DNA of 64,000 nucleotides, taken from NCBI GenBank assembly GCA_963767925.1, contig CAVYGB010000008.1:1216001-1280000 (forward strand). Direction: 5' to 3'. The DNA comes from an uncultured delta proteobacterium (GTDB taxonomy: Bacteria > Myxococcota_A > Polyangia > Fen-1088). The notes under the pieces were generated by a model, which saw only the letters and a program-made list of their open reading frames with translations, was not told the origin of the DNA and ran no database searches. The position numbers and the translations under genes are program-made. Every line of letters begins with the position of its first letter. Positions within the stretch are counted from its first letter, which is position 1. Positions 22,369 through 33,255 of the stretch are shown piece after piece.

Positions 22369-23214
22369 ATGTCCTTGCCCGCAGCCGCCACCGGCTGGTC
22401 CGCCGAGCTCGAGCTGGACTTCACCGCGCGGGCGGGGCAGACCGTGCTGTCGCGCCGGGCGCACCGGGGACCGCTGGTCGTGCAGCGCCCGTTTCGCCCC
22501 GAGGGCCCGGGCCTCTTGCACGTCTACCTGCTGCACCCGCCGGGCGGGCTGGTGGCCGGTGACACCCTCGCCACCCGGGTCCAGGTCGGCAGCGGCGCGC
22601 AGGTGCTGCTGACCACGCCGGCGGCCGGCAAGGTCTACCGCCACCGCCCGGGCGCCGAGCCCTCCCGCCAGACCCAGCGGCTGGCGGCGGAACCCGGCAG
22701 CACGCTCGAATGGCTGCCCTCCGAGACCATCGTGTTCGACGGCGCCGAGGTTTCCTTGCAGACCATCGTCCACCTCGGGGGGGACGCCGCCTTCATCGGC
22801 TGGGAGATGCTCTGCTTCGGACGGCCGGCGCAGGCGGAACGTTACACGCGTGGATCCTGCCGGCAATGTTTCGAGCTCTGGCGCGACGGCCGGCCGATCA
22901 GCCTCGAGCGGGCCTTTTTTCAGGCGGGCGGGCCGATCTTCACCGCGCCCTGGGGGCTGGCCGAACGCCCGGTGACCGGCACGTTCCTGGCGAGCCCCCT
23001 GCCGGCCGGCTCGCTCGAGGCGCTGCGCGCCTGCTGCGCCGATCTTCCGACGCCCGACCTGGCCGCCGTCACCGCGATCGAGGGGGCCCTCCTGGGCCGG
23101 TACCTCGGCGCGAGCACCGAACGATGCCGTGATCTTTTTTCCCGCCTTTGGACGATAGTGCGGCCAGCGCTGCTGGGCCGGCCCGCCGCGCGCCCCCGGA
23201 TCTGGTCGACCTGA
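22369..23214 (+). CDS. ureD: Urease accessory protein UreD
   Basis: [55 protein letters not shown]. Confidence 0.95.
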   Translation: MSLPAAATGWSAELELDFTARAGQTVLSRRAHRGPLVVQRPFRPEGPGLLHVYLLHPPGGLVAGDTLATRVQVGSGAQVLLTTPAAGKVYRHRPGAEPSRQTQRLAAEPGSTLEWLPSETIVFDGAEVSLQTIVHLGGDAAFIGWEMLCFGRPAQAERYTRGSCRQCFELWRDGRPISLERAFFQAGGPIFTAPWGLAERPVTGTFLASPLPAGSLEALRACCADLPTPDLAAVTAIEGALLGRYLGASTERCRDLFSRLWTIVRPALLGRPAARPRIWST

Positions 23215-23233
23215 ACCCCGAGGAGAACCTCCC

Positions 23234-23953
23234 ATGGAGCTCACGCCCCGAGAGAAGGACAAGCTGCTTCTGTTCACCGCCGCGCTGCTGGCGGAGCGAC
23301 GCAAGGCCCGCGGCCTCAAGCTCAACTATCCCGAGGCGGTGGCCTACATCTCGGCGGCCATCCTCGAGGGGGCACGCGACGGCAAGACGGTGGCCGAGCT
23401 GATGGGCTACGGCGCCACCCTGCTCGGTCCCGACGACGTCATGGAGGGGGTGCCCGAGCTGATCCCCGAGGTGCAGGTCGAGGCCACCTTCCCCGATGGC
23501 ACGAAGCTCGTGACCGTCCACGATCCCATCGCGGGAGGGGCGGGTCGGGCACCGGGCGCGATAGAGCCTGCCGAGGCAGAGGATCTGATCATCAACGCCG
23601 GGCGGGGGGCCATCACCGTGGAGGTGGCGAACACCGGCGACCGCCCCATCCAGGTCGGCTCGCACTATCACTTCTTCGAGACCAACCCGGCCCTCGTGTT
23701 CGACCGGGCGCGGACGCGGGGCTTCCGCCTCGACATCCCCGCCGGCACCGCCGTTCGCTTCGAGCCAGGGCAGAGCCGCGAGGTGCAACTGTGCCCCTAC
23801 GCCGGTGACCGGGTGGTCTACGGCTTCCGGGGGGCGGTGATGGGACCCCTCGACGGCAAGCGGGCAAGACCCCGACCGACGCGGAGCAAGCCGACCGCCC
23901 GCAAGTCTGCCGACCGCACCCCGGCCGTCCAGAAGAAGAGCGGGCGCCGATGA
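23234..23953 (+). CDS. ureAB: Fused urease gamma-beta subunit
   Basis: [11 protein letters not shown]...[17 protein letters not shown] continuing in frame into [17 protein letters not shown]...AVRFEPG. Confidence 0.95.
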   Translation: MELTPREKDKLLLFTAALLAERRKARGLKLNYPEAVAYISAAILEGARDGKTVAELMGYGATLLGPDDVMEGVPELIPEVQVEATFPDGTKLVTVHDPIAGGAGRAPGAIEPAEAEDLIINAGRGAITVEVANTGDRPIQVGSHYHFFETNPALVFDRARTRGFRLDIPAGTAVRFEPGQSREVQLCPYAGDRVVYGFRGAVMGPLDGKRARPRPTRSKPTARKSADRTPAVQKKSGRR

Positions 23954-25668
23954 CCCCTCCCGCCCCTCGCAAGATCGGCCGGCGGGCCTATGCCGAGATG
24001 TACGGGCCCACGGTGGGTGACCGGGTCCGGCTGGCCGACACCGACCTCTACATCGAGATCGAGCGGGACCACACGACCTACGGAGAGGAGGTCAAGTTCG
24101 GGGGCGGCAAGGTGATCCGGGACGGCATGGGTCAGAGCCAGCGCACCGGGAAGGAGGTGGCCGACACGGTGATCACGAACGCCGTCATCCTGGATCACTG
24201 GGGCATCGTGAAGGCGGACGTCGCGATCAAGGGTGGACGCATCGCCGGCATCGGCAAGGCCGGCAATCCCGACATCCAGCCGGGCGTCGACATCGTGATC
24301 GGACCGGGCACCGAGATCATCGCCGGCGAGGGCAAGATCCTCACCGCCGGAGGGATCGACACTCACATCCATTTCATCTGCCCGCAGCAGGTCGAGGACG
24401 CCCTCATGTCGGGCGTCACCACCATGATCGGAGGGGGGACCGGCCCGGCGGCGGGGACCAGCGCCACCACCTGCACGCCCGGCCCCTGGAACGTCGCCCG
24501 CATGTTGCAAGCGGCGGACGCCTTGCCGATGAACCTCGGCTTCCTGGGCAAGGGCAACGCCAGCTTGCCGGCCGGCCTCGTCGAGCAGGTGCGGGCGGGC
24601 TGCCTGGGCCTCAAGCTCCACGAGGACTGGGGGACCACGCCCCAGGCCATCGACACCTGCCTGACGGTCGCCGACAAATACGACGTTCAGGTGGCGATCC
24701 ACACCGACACGCTCAACGAATCCGGCTTCGTCGAGGACAGCGTGTCGGCATTCAAGGGTCGGACCATCCACACCTACCACACCGAGGGGGCGGGCGGCGG
24801 CCACGCCCCCGACATCATCAAGGTGTGCGGCGAGCCCAACGTGCTCCCCTCCTCGACCAACCCGACCCGTCCCTACACGGTGAACACCATCGACGAGCAC
24901 CTCGACATGTTGATGGTGTGCCACCACCTGGACTCCGGCATCGCCGAGGACGTGGCCTTCGCCGAGTCCCGCATCCGGCGCGAGACCATCGCCGCCGAGG
25001 ACATCCTGCACGACCTGGGCGCCTTCAGCATGTTCTCCTCCGACTCCCAGGCCATGGGCCGGGTGGGGGAGGTCATCACCCGCTGCTGGCAGACCGCCCA
25101 CAAGATGAAGGTCCAGCGGGGGAGCCTCGGCCAGGACGGGCCCCGCGCCGACAACTTCAGAGCCCGGCGGTACATCGCCAAATACACGATCAACCCCGCG
25201 CTCACCCACGGCATCGCCGGCGAGGTCGGGTCGGTCGAGGTCGGCAAGCTGGCCGACCTCGTGCTCTGGAAGCCCGGCTTCTTCGGGGTCAAGCCGGCCG
25301 CCGTGATCAAGGGCGGCCTGATCGCCGCCGCGCCCATGGGGGATCCCAACGCCTCCATCCCCACCCCCCAGCCGGTGCACTATCGACCGATGTTCGGGGC
25401 GCTGGGCGGCGCCCGGCACGCCACCAGCGTCACCTTCGTGTCGAAGGCGGCCCTCGAGGCGGGCGTGCCGGAGCGGCTGCGGCTGGCCAAGCGGGCGGTG
25501 GCGGTCAAGGGGACCCGGAAGGTGAGAAAGAAGGATCTCATTCACAACGACGCCATGCCGGTGATGGAGGTGGATCCCCAGACCTACGAGGTGCGGGCCG
25601 ACGGGGAGCTCCTGACCTGCGAGCCGGCCCGGGTCCTGCCGATGGCCCAGCGCTATTTCCTGTTCTGA
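23950..25668 (+). CDS. ureC: Urease alpha subunit
   Basis: [53 protein letters not shown]. Confidence 0.98.
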   Translation: MTPPAPRKIGRRAYAEMYGPTVGDRVRLADTDLYIEIERDHTTYGEEVKFGGGKVIRDGMGQSQRTGKEVADTVITNAVILDHWGIVKADVAIKGGRIAGIGKAGNPDIQPGVDIVIGPGTEIIAGEGKILTAGGIDTHIHFICPQQVEDALMSGVTTMIGGGTGPAAGTSATTCTPGPWNVARMLQAADALPMNLGFLGKGNASLPAGLVEQVRAGCLGLKLHEDWGTTPQAIDTCLTVADKYDVQVAIHTDTLNESGFVEDSVSAFKGRTIHTYHTEGAGGGHAPDIIKVCGEPNVLPSSTNPTRPYTVNTIDEHLDMLMVCHHLDSGIAEDVAFAESRIRRETIAAEDILHDLGAFSMFSSDSQAMGRVGEVITRCWQTAHKMKVQRGSLGQDGPRADNFRARRYIAKYTINPALTHGIAGEVGSVEVGKLADLVLWKPGFFGVKPAAVIKGGLIAAAPMGDPNASIPTPQPVHYRPMFGALGGARHATSVTFVSKAALEAGVPERLRLAKRAVAVKGTRKVRKKDLIHNDAMPVMEVDPQTYEVRADGELLTCEPARVLPMAQRYFLF

Positions 25669-25674
25669 GGGCCC

Positions 25675-26175
25675 ATGCGGATCGCACAACGTCGGGCCGA
25701 GATCGAGTCGGAGCCGCAGGCCCGGCTGGTGCTCCCCCACGACGATCGGCGGCGCTGCCGGCAGCGGACCCGGCTCGCGGACGGCGAGGAGATCGCCCTC
25801 CTGCTGCCCCGGGGGACGGTGCTGCGCGCCGGGGATCGGCTGATCACCGACGATGGCCTGGTGATCGAGGTGGAGGCCGCCCCCGAGCTGATCTCCTCGG
25901 CCACCACCCCGGATCCGCTGCTGCTGGCCCGGGCCGCCTACCACCTGGGCAACCGGCACGTGCCGCTGCAGATCGAGCCGGGCCGGCTGAGCTACCGGCA
26001 CGACCACGTGCTCGACCACCTCGCCGCCAGCCTCGGCCTCACGGTCTCGTCCGGGCACGCCCCCTTCGAGCCGGAGAGCGGGGCCTACCAGGGGCACGAT
26101 CACGGCGGGGGCCACGGTCACGGGAGCGGGGCCCCCGCGGCCAATGGCCACGATCATCCCCACGACCATGACTGA
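25675..26175 (+). CDS. ureE: Urease accessory protein UreE with His-rich tail
   Basis: LPRGTVLRAGD, AYHLGNRHVPLQ, PFEPESGAY followed by His/Gly/Asp-rich tail. Confidence 0.95.
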   Translation: MRIAQRRAEIESEPQARLVLPHDDRRRCRQRTRLADGEEIALLLPRGTVLRAGDRLITDDGLVIEVEAAPELISSATTPDPLLLARAAYHLGNRHVPLQIEPGRLSYRHDHVLDHLAASLGLTVSSGHAPFEPESGAYQGHDHGGGHGHGSGAPAANGHDHPHDHD

Positions 26176-26848
26176 CCTGTCGATGGCCGGGCTGCTGCGG
26201 CTGCTCCACCTGGCCAGCCCCGCGCTCCCGGTGGGCGCCTTCGCCTACTCGCAGGGGCTCGAGCCCGCCGTCCAGGCCGGCTGGGTACACGACGAGGCCA
26301 GCGCCAGCGCCTGGATGGCGGGCCTGCTCGGACACAACCTCGGAGCCCTGGAGGTCCCACTGTTTCAGCGGCTCTCCCGGGCCTGGAGCGACAACGACGA
26401 GGAGGAGGTGGACCGCTGGAACGACCTCCTGTTCGCCGCCCGGGCCACCGGGGAGCTGCAGCAAGAAGATCGGAGGCTGGGGGCGGCCCTGGCCCGCGTC
26501 CTCGGCACCCTCGAGGTGGCGGCGGCGCAGCGCTGGGCCAATCATCCCCGGGTCACCCAGGCCACCCTGTTCGCCCTCGCCACCAGCACCTGGGGCATCC
26601 CCGCCCGGCCGGCGGCGGCCGCCTTGCTGTTCGCCTGGGCCGAGAGCCAGGTTGCGGCCGCGATCCGGCTGGTCCCGCTGGGTCAGAGCGCGGGCCAGCG
26701 CATCCTGGCCCGGCTGGGACAGCAGATCCCGGAGGTGGTGGCGCGCGGCTTTTCTCTCCACGACGACGAGATCGGCCAGGGCGCCCCCGGGCTCGCCCTG
26801 GCCAGCGCCTGGCACGAAACCCAATACACACGGATCTTTCGCTCATGA
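26168..26848 (+). CDS. ureF: Urease accessory protein UreF
   Basis: [40 protein letters not shown]. Confidence 0.95.
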   Translation: MTDLSMAGLLRLLHLASPALPVGAFAYSQGLEPAVQAGWVHDEASASAWMAGLLGHNLGALEVPLFQRLSRAWSDNDEEEVDRWNDLLFAARATGELQQEDRRLGAALARVLGTLEVAAAQRWANHPRVTQATLFALATSTWGIPARPAAAALLFAWAESQVAAAIRLVPLGQSAGQRILARLGQQIPEVVARGFSLHDDEIGQGAPGLALASAWHETQYTRIFRS

Positions 26849-27471
26849 CGACGAACAGGAGACCGGCCCTGCGGGTGGGGGTGGCGGGCCCGGTGGGCTC
26901 GGGCAAGACCGCCCTCATGGACGCGCTTTGCAAGCGGCTGCGCGATCGCTACCAGATCGCCGCGGTCACCAACGACATCTACACGAAGGAGGACGCCCAG
27001 TTCCTCATGAAGAGCGGGGCGCTCCCCATCGAGCGCATCGTCGGGGTAGAGACCGGCGGCTGTCCCCACACCGCCATCCGCGAGGACGCCTCCATCAACC
27101 TGGAGGCCATCGATCGCCTGTCCGAGAAGTTCCCCGACCTCGAGATCATCCTCGTCGAGAGCGGGGGGGACAACCTGGCGGCCACCTTCAGCCCCGAGCT
27201 GGCCGACCTCACGATCTACGTGATCGACGTGGCGGCGGGAGACAAGATCCCGCGCAAGGGCGGCCCTGGCATCACCCGCTCCGACCTCCTGCTGATCAAC
27301 AAGATCGACCTGGCGCCCATGGTGGGGGCCTCGCTGGAGGTGATGGAGCGCGACGCCGGGCGGATGCGAGGGACCCGTCCGTTCGTCTTTACCAACCTGA
27401 AAACGCAACAAGGGATCGACGAAGTGGTCGCTTTCATCGAACGAGAAGGCTTGCTTCGCCCGCAAGCCTGA
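26845..27471 (+). CDS. ureG: Urease accessory GTPase UreG
   Basis: [32 protein letters not shown]. Confidence 0.97.
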   Translation: MTTNRRPALRVGVAGPVGSGKTALMDALCKRLRDRYQIAAVTNDIYTKEDAQFLMKSGALPIERIVGVETGGCPHTAIREDASINLEAIDRLSEKFPDLEIILVESGGDNLAATFSPELADLTIYVIDVAAGDKIPRKGGPGITRSDLLLINKIDLAPMVGASLEVMERDAGRMRGTRPFVFTNLKTQQGIDEVVAFIEREGLLRPQA

Positions 27472-27477
27472 GGCCTG

Positions 27478-27531
27478 TTTACCGAACTTTCCCGGGCAGG
27501 AAATCTGACCGAAACGTCGAGCTGCCATAGT
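27478..27531 (+). promoter_or_regulatory. 11-bp-phased four-box operator plus -10-like element upstream of urtA
   Basis: TTTAC-n6-TTCCC-n6-GAAAT-n6-GAAAC then CATAGT 10 nt later; same layout at 35144 and 40985. Confidence 0.65.
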
Positions 27532-27564
27532 TGCCAGCGCTTCATTTTCAAGGAGGAGCGCGAA

Positions 27565-28938
27565 ATGCGGACTATTGCGAGTGCGACGCTTATGGTGGGG
27601 GCCCTGGGCATGCTGGGCGCCTGCGAGAAGAAGCAGGAGGTACCCGGCACGGCGGCGGCTCCGGCTGCGGCCCAGGAGAGCACCACGGCCAAGGCCGACA
27701 CCGGCCCGATCAAGGTTGGCATCTTGCACTCGCTCTCCGGGACCATGGCGATCAGCGAGACCTCCCTCAAGGACGTCGCCCTGATGGCCATCGAGGAGAT
27801 CAACGAGAAGGGTGGGGTGCTGGGGCGGAAGCTGGAGCCGGTGGTGGTGGATCCTGCCTCCAACTGGCCCCTGTTCGCGGAGAAGGCCCGCGACCTCATC
27901 CAGAACCAGAAGGTCGCCGTGACCTTCGGCTGCTGGACCTCGGTCTCGCGCAAGTCGGTGCTCCCGGTGTTCGAGGAGCTGAACGGCCTGCTCTTTTACC
28001 CGGTTCAATACGAGGGCGAAGAGTCGTCCTTCAACGTCTTTTACACCGGCGCCGCCCCCAACCAGCAGGCGATCCCGGCGGTCGAGTACCTCATGAGCGC
28101 CAAGGGCGGGGGGGCCAAGCGCTGGGTGCTGCTCGGCAGCGACTACGTCTACCCGCGCACCACCAACAAGATCCTCCAGTATTTCTTGAAGTCCAAGGGC
28201 GTGAAGCCCGAAGACATCATGGAGACCTACACCCCCTTCGGCCACAGCGACTACCAGACCATCGTCGCCGACATCAAGAAGTTCGCCCAGGGCAAGCGCA
28301 CGGCGGTGGTCTCGACCATCAACGGTGACTCGAACGTCCCCTTCTACAAGGAGCTCGGGAACCAGGGTCTCAAGGCGGAGGACGTGCCGGTGGTGGCCTT
28401 CTCCGTGGGTGAAGAGGAGCTGCGGGGCATCGACACGAAGCCGCTGGTCGGCCACCTGGCCGCCTGGAACTACTTCATGTCGATCGACAACCCGGTCAAC
28501 AAGGAGTTCGTCTCCAAGTGGCAGGCCTACGTCAAGAAGCACAACCTGCCCGAGGGCGACAAGCGCGTGACCAACGACCCGATGGAAGCCACCTACATCG
28601 GCATCAAGATGTGGGCCCAGGCGGTCGAGCAGGCCCGCAGCACGAACGTCGACGCCGTCCGCCAGGCGGTCGGTTTCCAGGTCGTGCGCGCCCCCTCGGG
28701 CTTCGACATCAAGATGGACGCCAAGAACCACCACCTCCACAAGCCGGTCTTCATCGGTGAGGTGCAGGCCGACGGTCAGTTCAAGGTGGTCTGGAAGACC
28801 GAGGGACCCGTCCAGGCCGCGGCCTGGAGCCCCTTCATCCCCGACAGCGCCAAGAAGGTGGCGGACTGGACCTATCCCTGGGTCTGTGGCAACTGCCTCG
28901 AGCCCAAGTTCCCGGCGCTGGTCCAGGCGGCCAAATAG
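27565..28938 (+). CDS. urtA: Urea ABC transporter substrate-binding lipoprotein
   Basis: Lipobox LGAC; KVGILHSLSGTMAISE, FGCWTSVSRK, YPVQYEG, GSDYVYPRTTN; AGGAGG ribosome-binding site. Confidence 0.95.
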   Translation: MRTIASATLMVGALGMLGACEKKQEVPGTAAAPAAAQESTTAKADTGPIKVGILHSLSGTMAISETSLKDVALMAIEEINEKGGVLGRKLEPVVVDPASNWPLFAEKARDLIQNQKVAVTFGCWTSVSRKSVLPVFEELNGLLFYPVQYEGEESSFNVFYTGAAPNQQAIPAVEYLMSAKGGGAKRWVLLGSDYVYPRTTNKILQYFLKSKGVKPEDIMETYTPFGHSDYQTIVADIKKFAQGKRTAVVSTINGDSNVPFYKELGNQGLKAEDVPVVAFSVGEEELRGIDTKPLVGHLAAWNYFMSIDNPVNKEFVSKWQAYVKKHNLPEGDKRVTNDPMEATYIGIKMWAQAVEQARSTNVDAVRQAVGFQVVRAPSGFDIKMDAKNHHLHKPVFIGEVQADGQFKVVWKTEGPVQAAAWSPFIPDSAKKVADWTYPWVCGNCLEPKFPALVQAAK

Positions 28939-28941
28939 ACG

Positions 28942-30594
28942 GTGAAAACCCCGGCGCCCGGTCGGATGAAAACTTCGTTCTTACTGGCGCTGGTGGTGGC
29001 GGGCACCCTCTCGGTGCTCGCCGCCCCGGCCGCCCGGGCGCAGGAGACGCCCGACCTGGCGCAGCTCGTCCGGGGGCTGGGGGATAACGACCCGGAGAAG
29101 GTGGCTCAGGCAATCTCCGCGCTCGGCCAGCGGGGAGACGCCGCGGCCCTTCCGGCGCTCGACGCCCTGTACGACGACCGCTTGCGGGTCGGTCCCGACG
29201 GAGCGGTCTTCCTGCTCGAGGAGAAGACCCGGGCCCTGGTGAGGCCGCTCGACGGCGCGCCGGTGGCTCCGGCCCCCGCGCCCCTGCGCAGCGGGGAGAT
29301 GAACAACCAGATTCGACGGGCCATCGGCCCGGTGATCGCTCAGCTCCGGCTGCGCGCCCCCGACCGCGGGATCCGGCTGGCGGCGGCGGAGGAGCTGTCG
29401 CGCCGGGGTGGCGAGTCGGTGCTGCCGCTGCTCCGGGCGGCGCTCGCTCAGGAGACCGACAGCGGAGTCAAGGACGCCCTCTCCCTGGGGCTGGCCCGCA
29501 GCGATCTCCAGCTCGGCGACAAAGCGCGCAAGCTGGCGGCCCTGTCGGTCCTGCAAGACCTCGGCACCGGCGAGGTCAGACCGGAGCTCGAAGCGCTGCT
29601 GCTCCAGACCGGCGGCCGCTTCGCCGAGCCCGACCCCGACCTCCGCAAGGCGGCCGACGCGGCCCTCAGCTCCATCCTGGGCCGGGAGCGCTGGGTGAGC
29701 GCCGCCGGTCACGTCATCTACGGCCTGTCGCTGGCCAGCGTGTTCCTGTTCGCCGCCCTCGGGCTGGCGATCACCTTCGGGGTCATGGGCGTCATCAACA
29801 TGGCCCACGGGGAGATGTTGACCATCGGCGCCTATTCGGCCTTCGTCGTGCAGGCGTTTTTCCAGCGCAATGCCCCGAGCGCGCTCTGGCTCTATCCCCT
29901 CGTCGCCATCCCGGTGGCCTTCGTGGTGGCGGGGGGCCTGGGAGTCTTGCTCGAGCGCACCGTGATCCGCTGGCTCTACGGGCGCCCGCTCGAGACCTTG
30001 CTGGCCACCTGGGGCATCAGCCTGACGCTCATCCAGACCATCCGCCTGCTGTTCGGGGCGAGCAACGTGGCGGTGGAGAACCCCGTCTGGCTGGCCGGTG
30101 GTTACGAGCTCTTCCACGGCCTGGTGCTGCCTTACAGCCGGCTGGCGGTGGTCGTGTTCGTCATCCTGGCAGCCCTGCTGGTCTGGTTCCTCCTCCAGCG
30201 CACGCCCCTCGGCCTGACGGTGCGGGCGGTGACCCAGAACCGGTCGATGGCGGCCTGCATGGGTGTCCGCACCTCGCGGGTCGACATGTGGACTTTCGGC
30301 CTGGGATCGGGCATCGCCGGGCTGGGCGGGGTGGCGCTCTCGCAGCTCGGCAACGTGGGCCCCGAGCTCGGGCAATCGTACATCCTCGATTCGTTCATGG
30401 TGGTGGTGCTCGGTGGCGTGGGCCGGATCGCCGGCACCATCGGGGCCGCCCTCGGCCTGGGGATCGTCCAGAAGATGCTCGAGCCGGTCTCGGGCGCCGT
30501 GCTCGGCAAGATCGCCGTGCTCGTGTTGATCATCCTCTTCATTCAGCGGCGGCCGCAGGGGATCTTCCCCCTCAAGGGCCGGGTGGAGATCTGA
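28942..30594 (+). CDS. urtB: Urea ABC transporter permease UrtB with N-terminal HEAT-like domain
   Basis: LGLAITFGVMGVINMAHGE, LYGRPLETLLATWG, FIQRRPQGIF. Confidence 0.95.
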   Translation: MKTPAPGRMKTSFLLALVVAGTLSVLAAPAARAQETPDLAQLVRGLGDNDPEKVAQAISALGQRGDAAALPALDALYDDRLRVGPDGAVFLLEEKTRALVRPLDGAPVAPAPAPLRSGEMNNQIRRAIGPVIAQLRLRAPDRGIRLAAAEELSRRGGESVLPLLRAALAQETDSGVKDALSLGLARSDLQLGDKARKLAALSVLQDLGTGEVRPELEALLLQTGGRFAEPDPDLRKAADAALSSILGRERWVSAAGHVIYGLSLASVFLFAALGLAITFGVMGVINMAHGEMLTIGAYSAFVVQAFFQRNAPSALWLYPLVAIPVAFVVAGGLGVLLERTVIRWLYGRPLETLLATWGISLTLIQTIRLLFGASNVAVENPVWLAGGYELFHGLVLPYSRLAVVVFVILAALLVWFLLQRTPLGLTVRAVTQNRSMAACMGVRTSRVDMWTFGLGSGIAGLGGVALSQLGNVGPELGQSYILDSFMVVVLGGVGRIAGTIGAALGLGIVQKMLEPVSGAVLGKIAVLVLIILFIQRRPQGIFPLKGRVEI

Positions 30595-30598
30595 ACCC

Positions 30599-31702
30599 GT
30601 GAAAGCGCTCGCCGGCGTCCTCAAGCAGATGCACACCCCCCGGACCTGGGCGATCCTGCTCTCGCTCTGGTTCCTCCTCACGGTCGGGGTGGCGCTGCTG
30701 AACGCGCTGCCCGCGCCGGGCTCGGCCCTCCACCTGCCCGACTATCTCGTTCCCTTGTTCGGCAAGTTCATCTGCTTTGCCATCGTGGCCCTCGCCATCG
30801 ACCTCATCTGGGGCTACGCGGGGATCCTCAGCCTCGGTCACGGCCTGTTCTTCGCCCTCGGGGGCTACGCCATGGGCATGTACCTCATGCGCTCCATCGG
30901 GGGTGAGGGGGTGTACCGCAGCGCCTTGCCCGACTTCATGGTCTTCCTCGACTGGAAAGAGCTGCCCTGGTTCTGGTACGGCTTCTCCAACTTTCACTTC
31001 GCCCTGGCGATGGCCCTCCTTGTCCCGGGGCTGCTGGCCTTCGTGTTCGGCTGGCTGGCCTTCCGCTCCCGGATCCGGGGCGTGTATTTCTCCATCGTCA
31101 CCCAGGCTCTCACCTACGCAGCGATGTTGCTGTTCTTCCGCAACAACACCGGCTTCGGGGGGAACAACGGGCTCACCGACTTCAAGCGGATCCTCGGCTA
31201 TTCGCTGTCCGATCCCACCACCCGGCTGGTCCTGTTCCTCACCTCGGGCGCGGTGCTGCTGCTCGGCTACCTGGCCTGCCGCTACATCGTCACCAGCAAG
31301 CTCGGCCGCACCTTGACCGCCATCCGCGACGCCGAGGCCCGGGTCCGCTTCTGCGGCTACGACACGAATGACTACAAGCTCTTCGTCTGGGTCTTCTCGG
31401 CCATGTTGTGTGGCCTGGCCGGCGCCCTCTACGTGCCCCAGGTGGGGATCATCAACCCCAGCGAGATGCAGCCGGCCAACTCGATCGAGATGGCGATCTG
31501 GGTGGCGGTGGGCGGCCGGGCCACGCTCTTCGGAGGCATCCTCGGCGCCTGGCTCATCAACGGGGCCAAGAGCTGGCTCACCATCGCCTTTCCCTCGGCC
31601 TGGCTGTATTTCCTCGGCCTGCTGTTCATCCTCGTCACCCTCTTTCTTCCCCGGGGCCTGGTCGGACTGGCCGCCCTGGTCCGCAGGAGGCGCCAACCAT
31701 GA
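30599..31702 (+). CDS. urtC: Urea ABC transporter permease UrtC
   Basis: WGYAGILSLGHGLFFALGGYAMGM, FGGNNGLTDF, YVPQVGIINP. Confidence 0.95.
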   Translation: MKALAGVLKQMHTPRTWAILLSLWFLLTVGVALLNALPAPGSALHLPDYLVPLFGKFICFAIVALAIDLIWGYAGILSLGHGLFFALGGYAMGMYLMRSIGGEGVYRSALPDFMVFLDWKELPWFWYGFSNFHFALAMALLVPGLLAFVFGWLAFRSRIRGVYFSIVTQALTYAAMLLFFRNNTGFGGNNGLTDFKRILGYSLSDPTTRLVLFLTSGAVLLLGYLACRYIVTSKLGRTLTAIRDAEARVRFCGYDTNDYKLFVWVFSAMLCGLAGALYVPQVGIINPSEMQPANSIEMAIWVAVGGRATLFGGILGAWLINGAKSWLTIAFPSAWLYFLGLLFILVTLFLPRGLVGLAALVRRRRQP

Positions 31703-32559
31703 GTGCGTCCGCTCCCACCGCGGCGGCCATCGAGCCGGCCGCCGTGACCAGCCCCGCCGTCGCCACCCCCGTCATCGCCCCGGACAGCACCGCCAGCGCC
31801 AGCACCGTCCAGCAGGCGGCGGGCACCCTCCTCTGGGTCGACGCCGTCACCGTGAGCTTCGACGGTTTCAAGGCCCTCGACGAGCTGAGCCTCACCCTCG
31901 AGGAGCGCGAACTCCGCTGCATCATCGGCCCCAACGGGGCAGGCAAGACCACCCTGATGGACGTCATCACCGGCAAGACCCGACCGGACAGCGGTCAGGT
32001 CAAGCTGCTGGTCGGCGACACCGACCTCACAACCCTCTCGGAGTTCGAGATCGCCCGCCTGGGCATCGGCCGCAAGTTCCAGCGCCCGACGGTGTTCCAG
32101 GGGCACACCGTCTTCGAGAACCTCGAGCTGGCCAGCAAGGGCCTGCGGGGCGTGTGGCGCAACCTGTTCGGTCGCCTGGCCGCCGCCGACCGCTGCCGCA
32201 TCGAGGAGATCCTGGCCCTGGTGGGCCTGCAGGAGCAGCGTCACCAGCGCGCCGGGGTGCTCGCGCACGGGCAGAAGCAATGGCTCGAGATCGGCATGTT
32301 GCTGGTCCAGGACCCCCGCCTGCTGCTGCTCGACGAGCCGGTGGCGGGGATGACCCACCAGGAGACCGAGCGGACCGCCGAGCTGGTGACTACCCTGGCC
32401 AGGGACCGGACCGTCGTCGTCGTCGAGCACGACATGGACTTCGTGCGCCACATCGCCCGCAAGGTGACGGTGCTCCACGAGGGGCGGACGCTGGCCGAAG
32501 GATCCATGGAGGCGGTCCAGCGCGATCCGCGGGTCATCGAAGTTTATCTGGGGACTTGA
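31699..32559 (+). CDS. urtD: Urea ABC transporter ATP-binding protein UrtD
   Basis: VSFDGFKAL, GPNGAGKT, GRKFQRP, HGQKQWLEIGMLL, VIEVYLG. Confidence 0.95.
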   Translation: MSASAPTAAAIEPAAVTSPAVATPVIAPDSTASASTVQQAAGTLLWVDAVTVSFDGFKALDELSLTLEERELRCIIGPNGAGKTTLMDVITGKTRPDSGQVKLLVGDTDLTTLSEFEIARLGIGRKFQRPTVFQGHTVFENLELASKGLRGVWRNLFGRLAAADRCRIEEILALVGLQEQRHQRAGVLAHGQKQWLEIGMLLVQDPRLLLLDEPVAGMTHQETERTAELVTTLARDRTVVVVEHDMDFVRHIARKVTVLHEGRTLAEGSMEAVQRDPRVIEVYLGT

Positions 32560-32561
32560 AC

Positions 32562-33255
32562 GTGCTGCAAGCTTCGGCCATCAACCAGTATTACGGGGAG
32601 AGCCACATCCTCTGGGATGCCACCGTCGATCTCGACGCCGGGGGCCTGCACCTGCCTCATGGGCCGCAACGGCGTCGGCAAGACAACCTTCTTGAAGGTC
32701 ATCATGGGCCTGCAGCGGGCGGCCGCCGGCTCGCTCCGGTTCGACGGGCACGACCTGCTGGCCGCCCCGGCCGAGAAGCGGGCCCGCCTCGGCATCGGCT
32801 ACGTGCCGCAGGGGCGGGAGATCTTTCCTCAGCTCGACGTCGAGGAGAACCTGCGGATCGGCCTGGTGGCCCAGCGCAAGAAGGCCACCATCCCGGAGAA
32901 GGTCTTTGCGCTGTTCCCGGTCCTCAAGAAGATGCTCCGGCGGCGGGGCGGCGATCTGTCGGGCGGGCAACAGCAGCAGCTCGCCATCGCCCGGGCCCTG
33001 GCGCCGGGCCCCAAGCTGCTCATCCTCGACGAGCCCACCGAGGGGATCCAGCCCAACATCGTCCACGAGATAGGCGACGTGTTGATGCGGCTCAACCGGG
33101 AGGACAAGATGACCATCCTGCTGGTGGAGCAGAAGTTGCCCTTCGCCCGCCGGGTCGCCGACCGCTTCATCATCATGGACCGCGGTCGCACCGTGGCCTC
33201 GGGGGCCATGGGCGAGCTCGGCGACGACCTGGTCCACCGCCACCTCGGCGTCTAG
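32562..33255 (+). CDS. urtE: Urea ABC transporter ATP-binding protein UrtE (frameshift near 32640)
   Basis: INQYYGESHILW, GRNGVGKT, YVPQGREIFP, LSGGQQQQLAIARAL, DEPTEGIQP. Confidence 0.93.
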
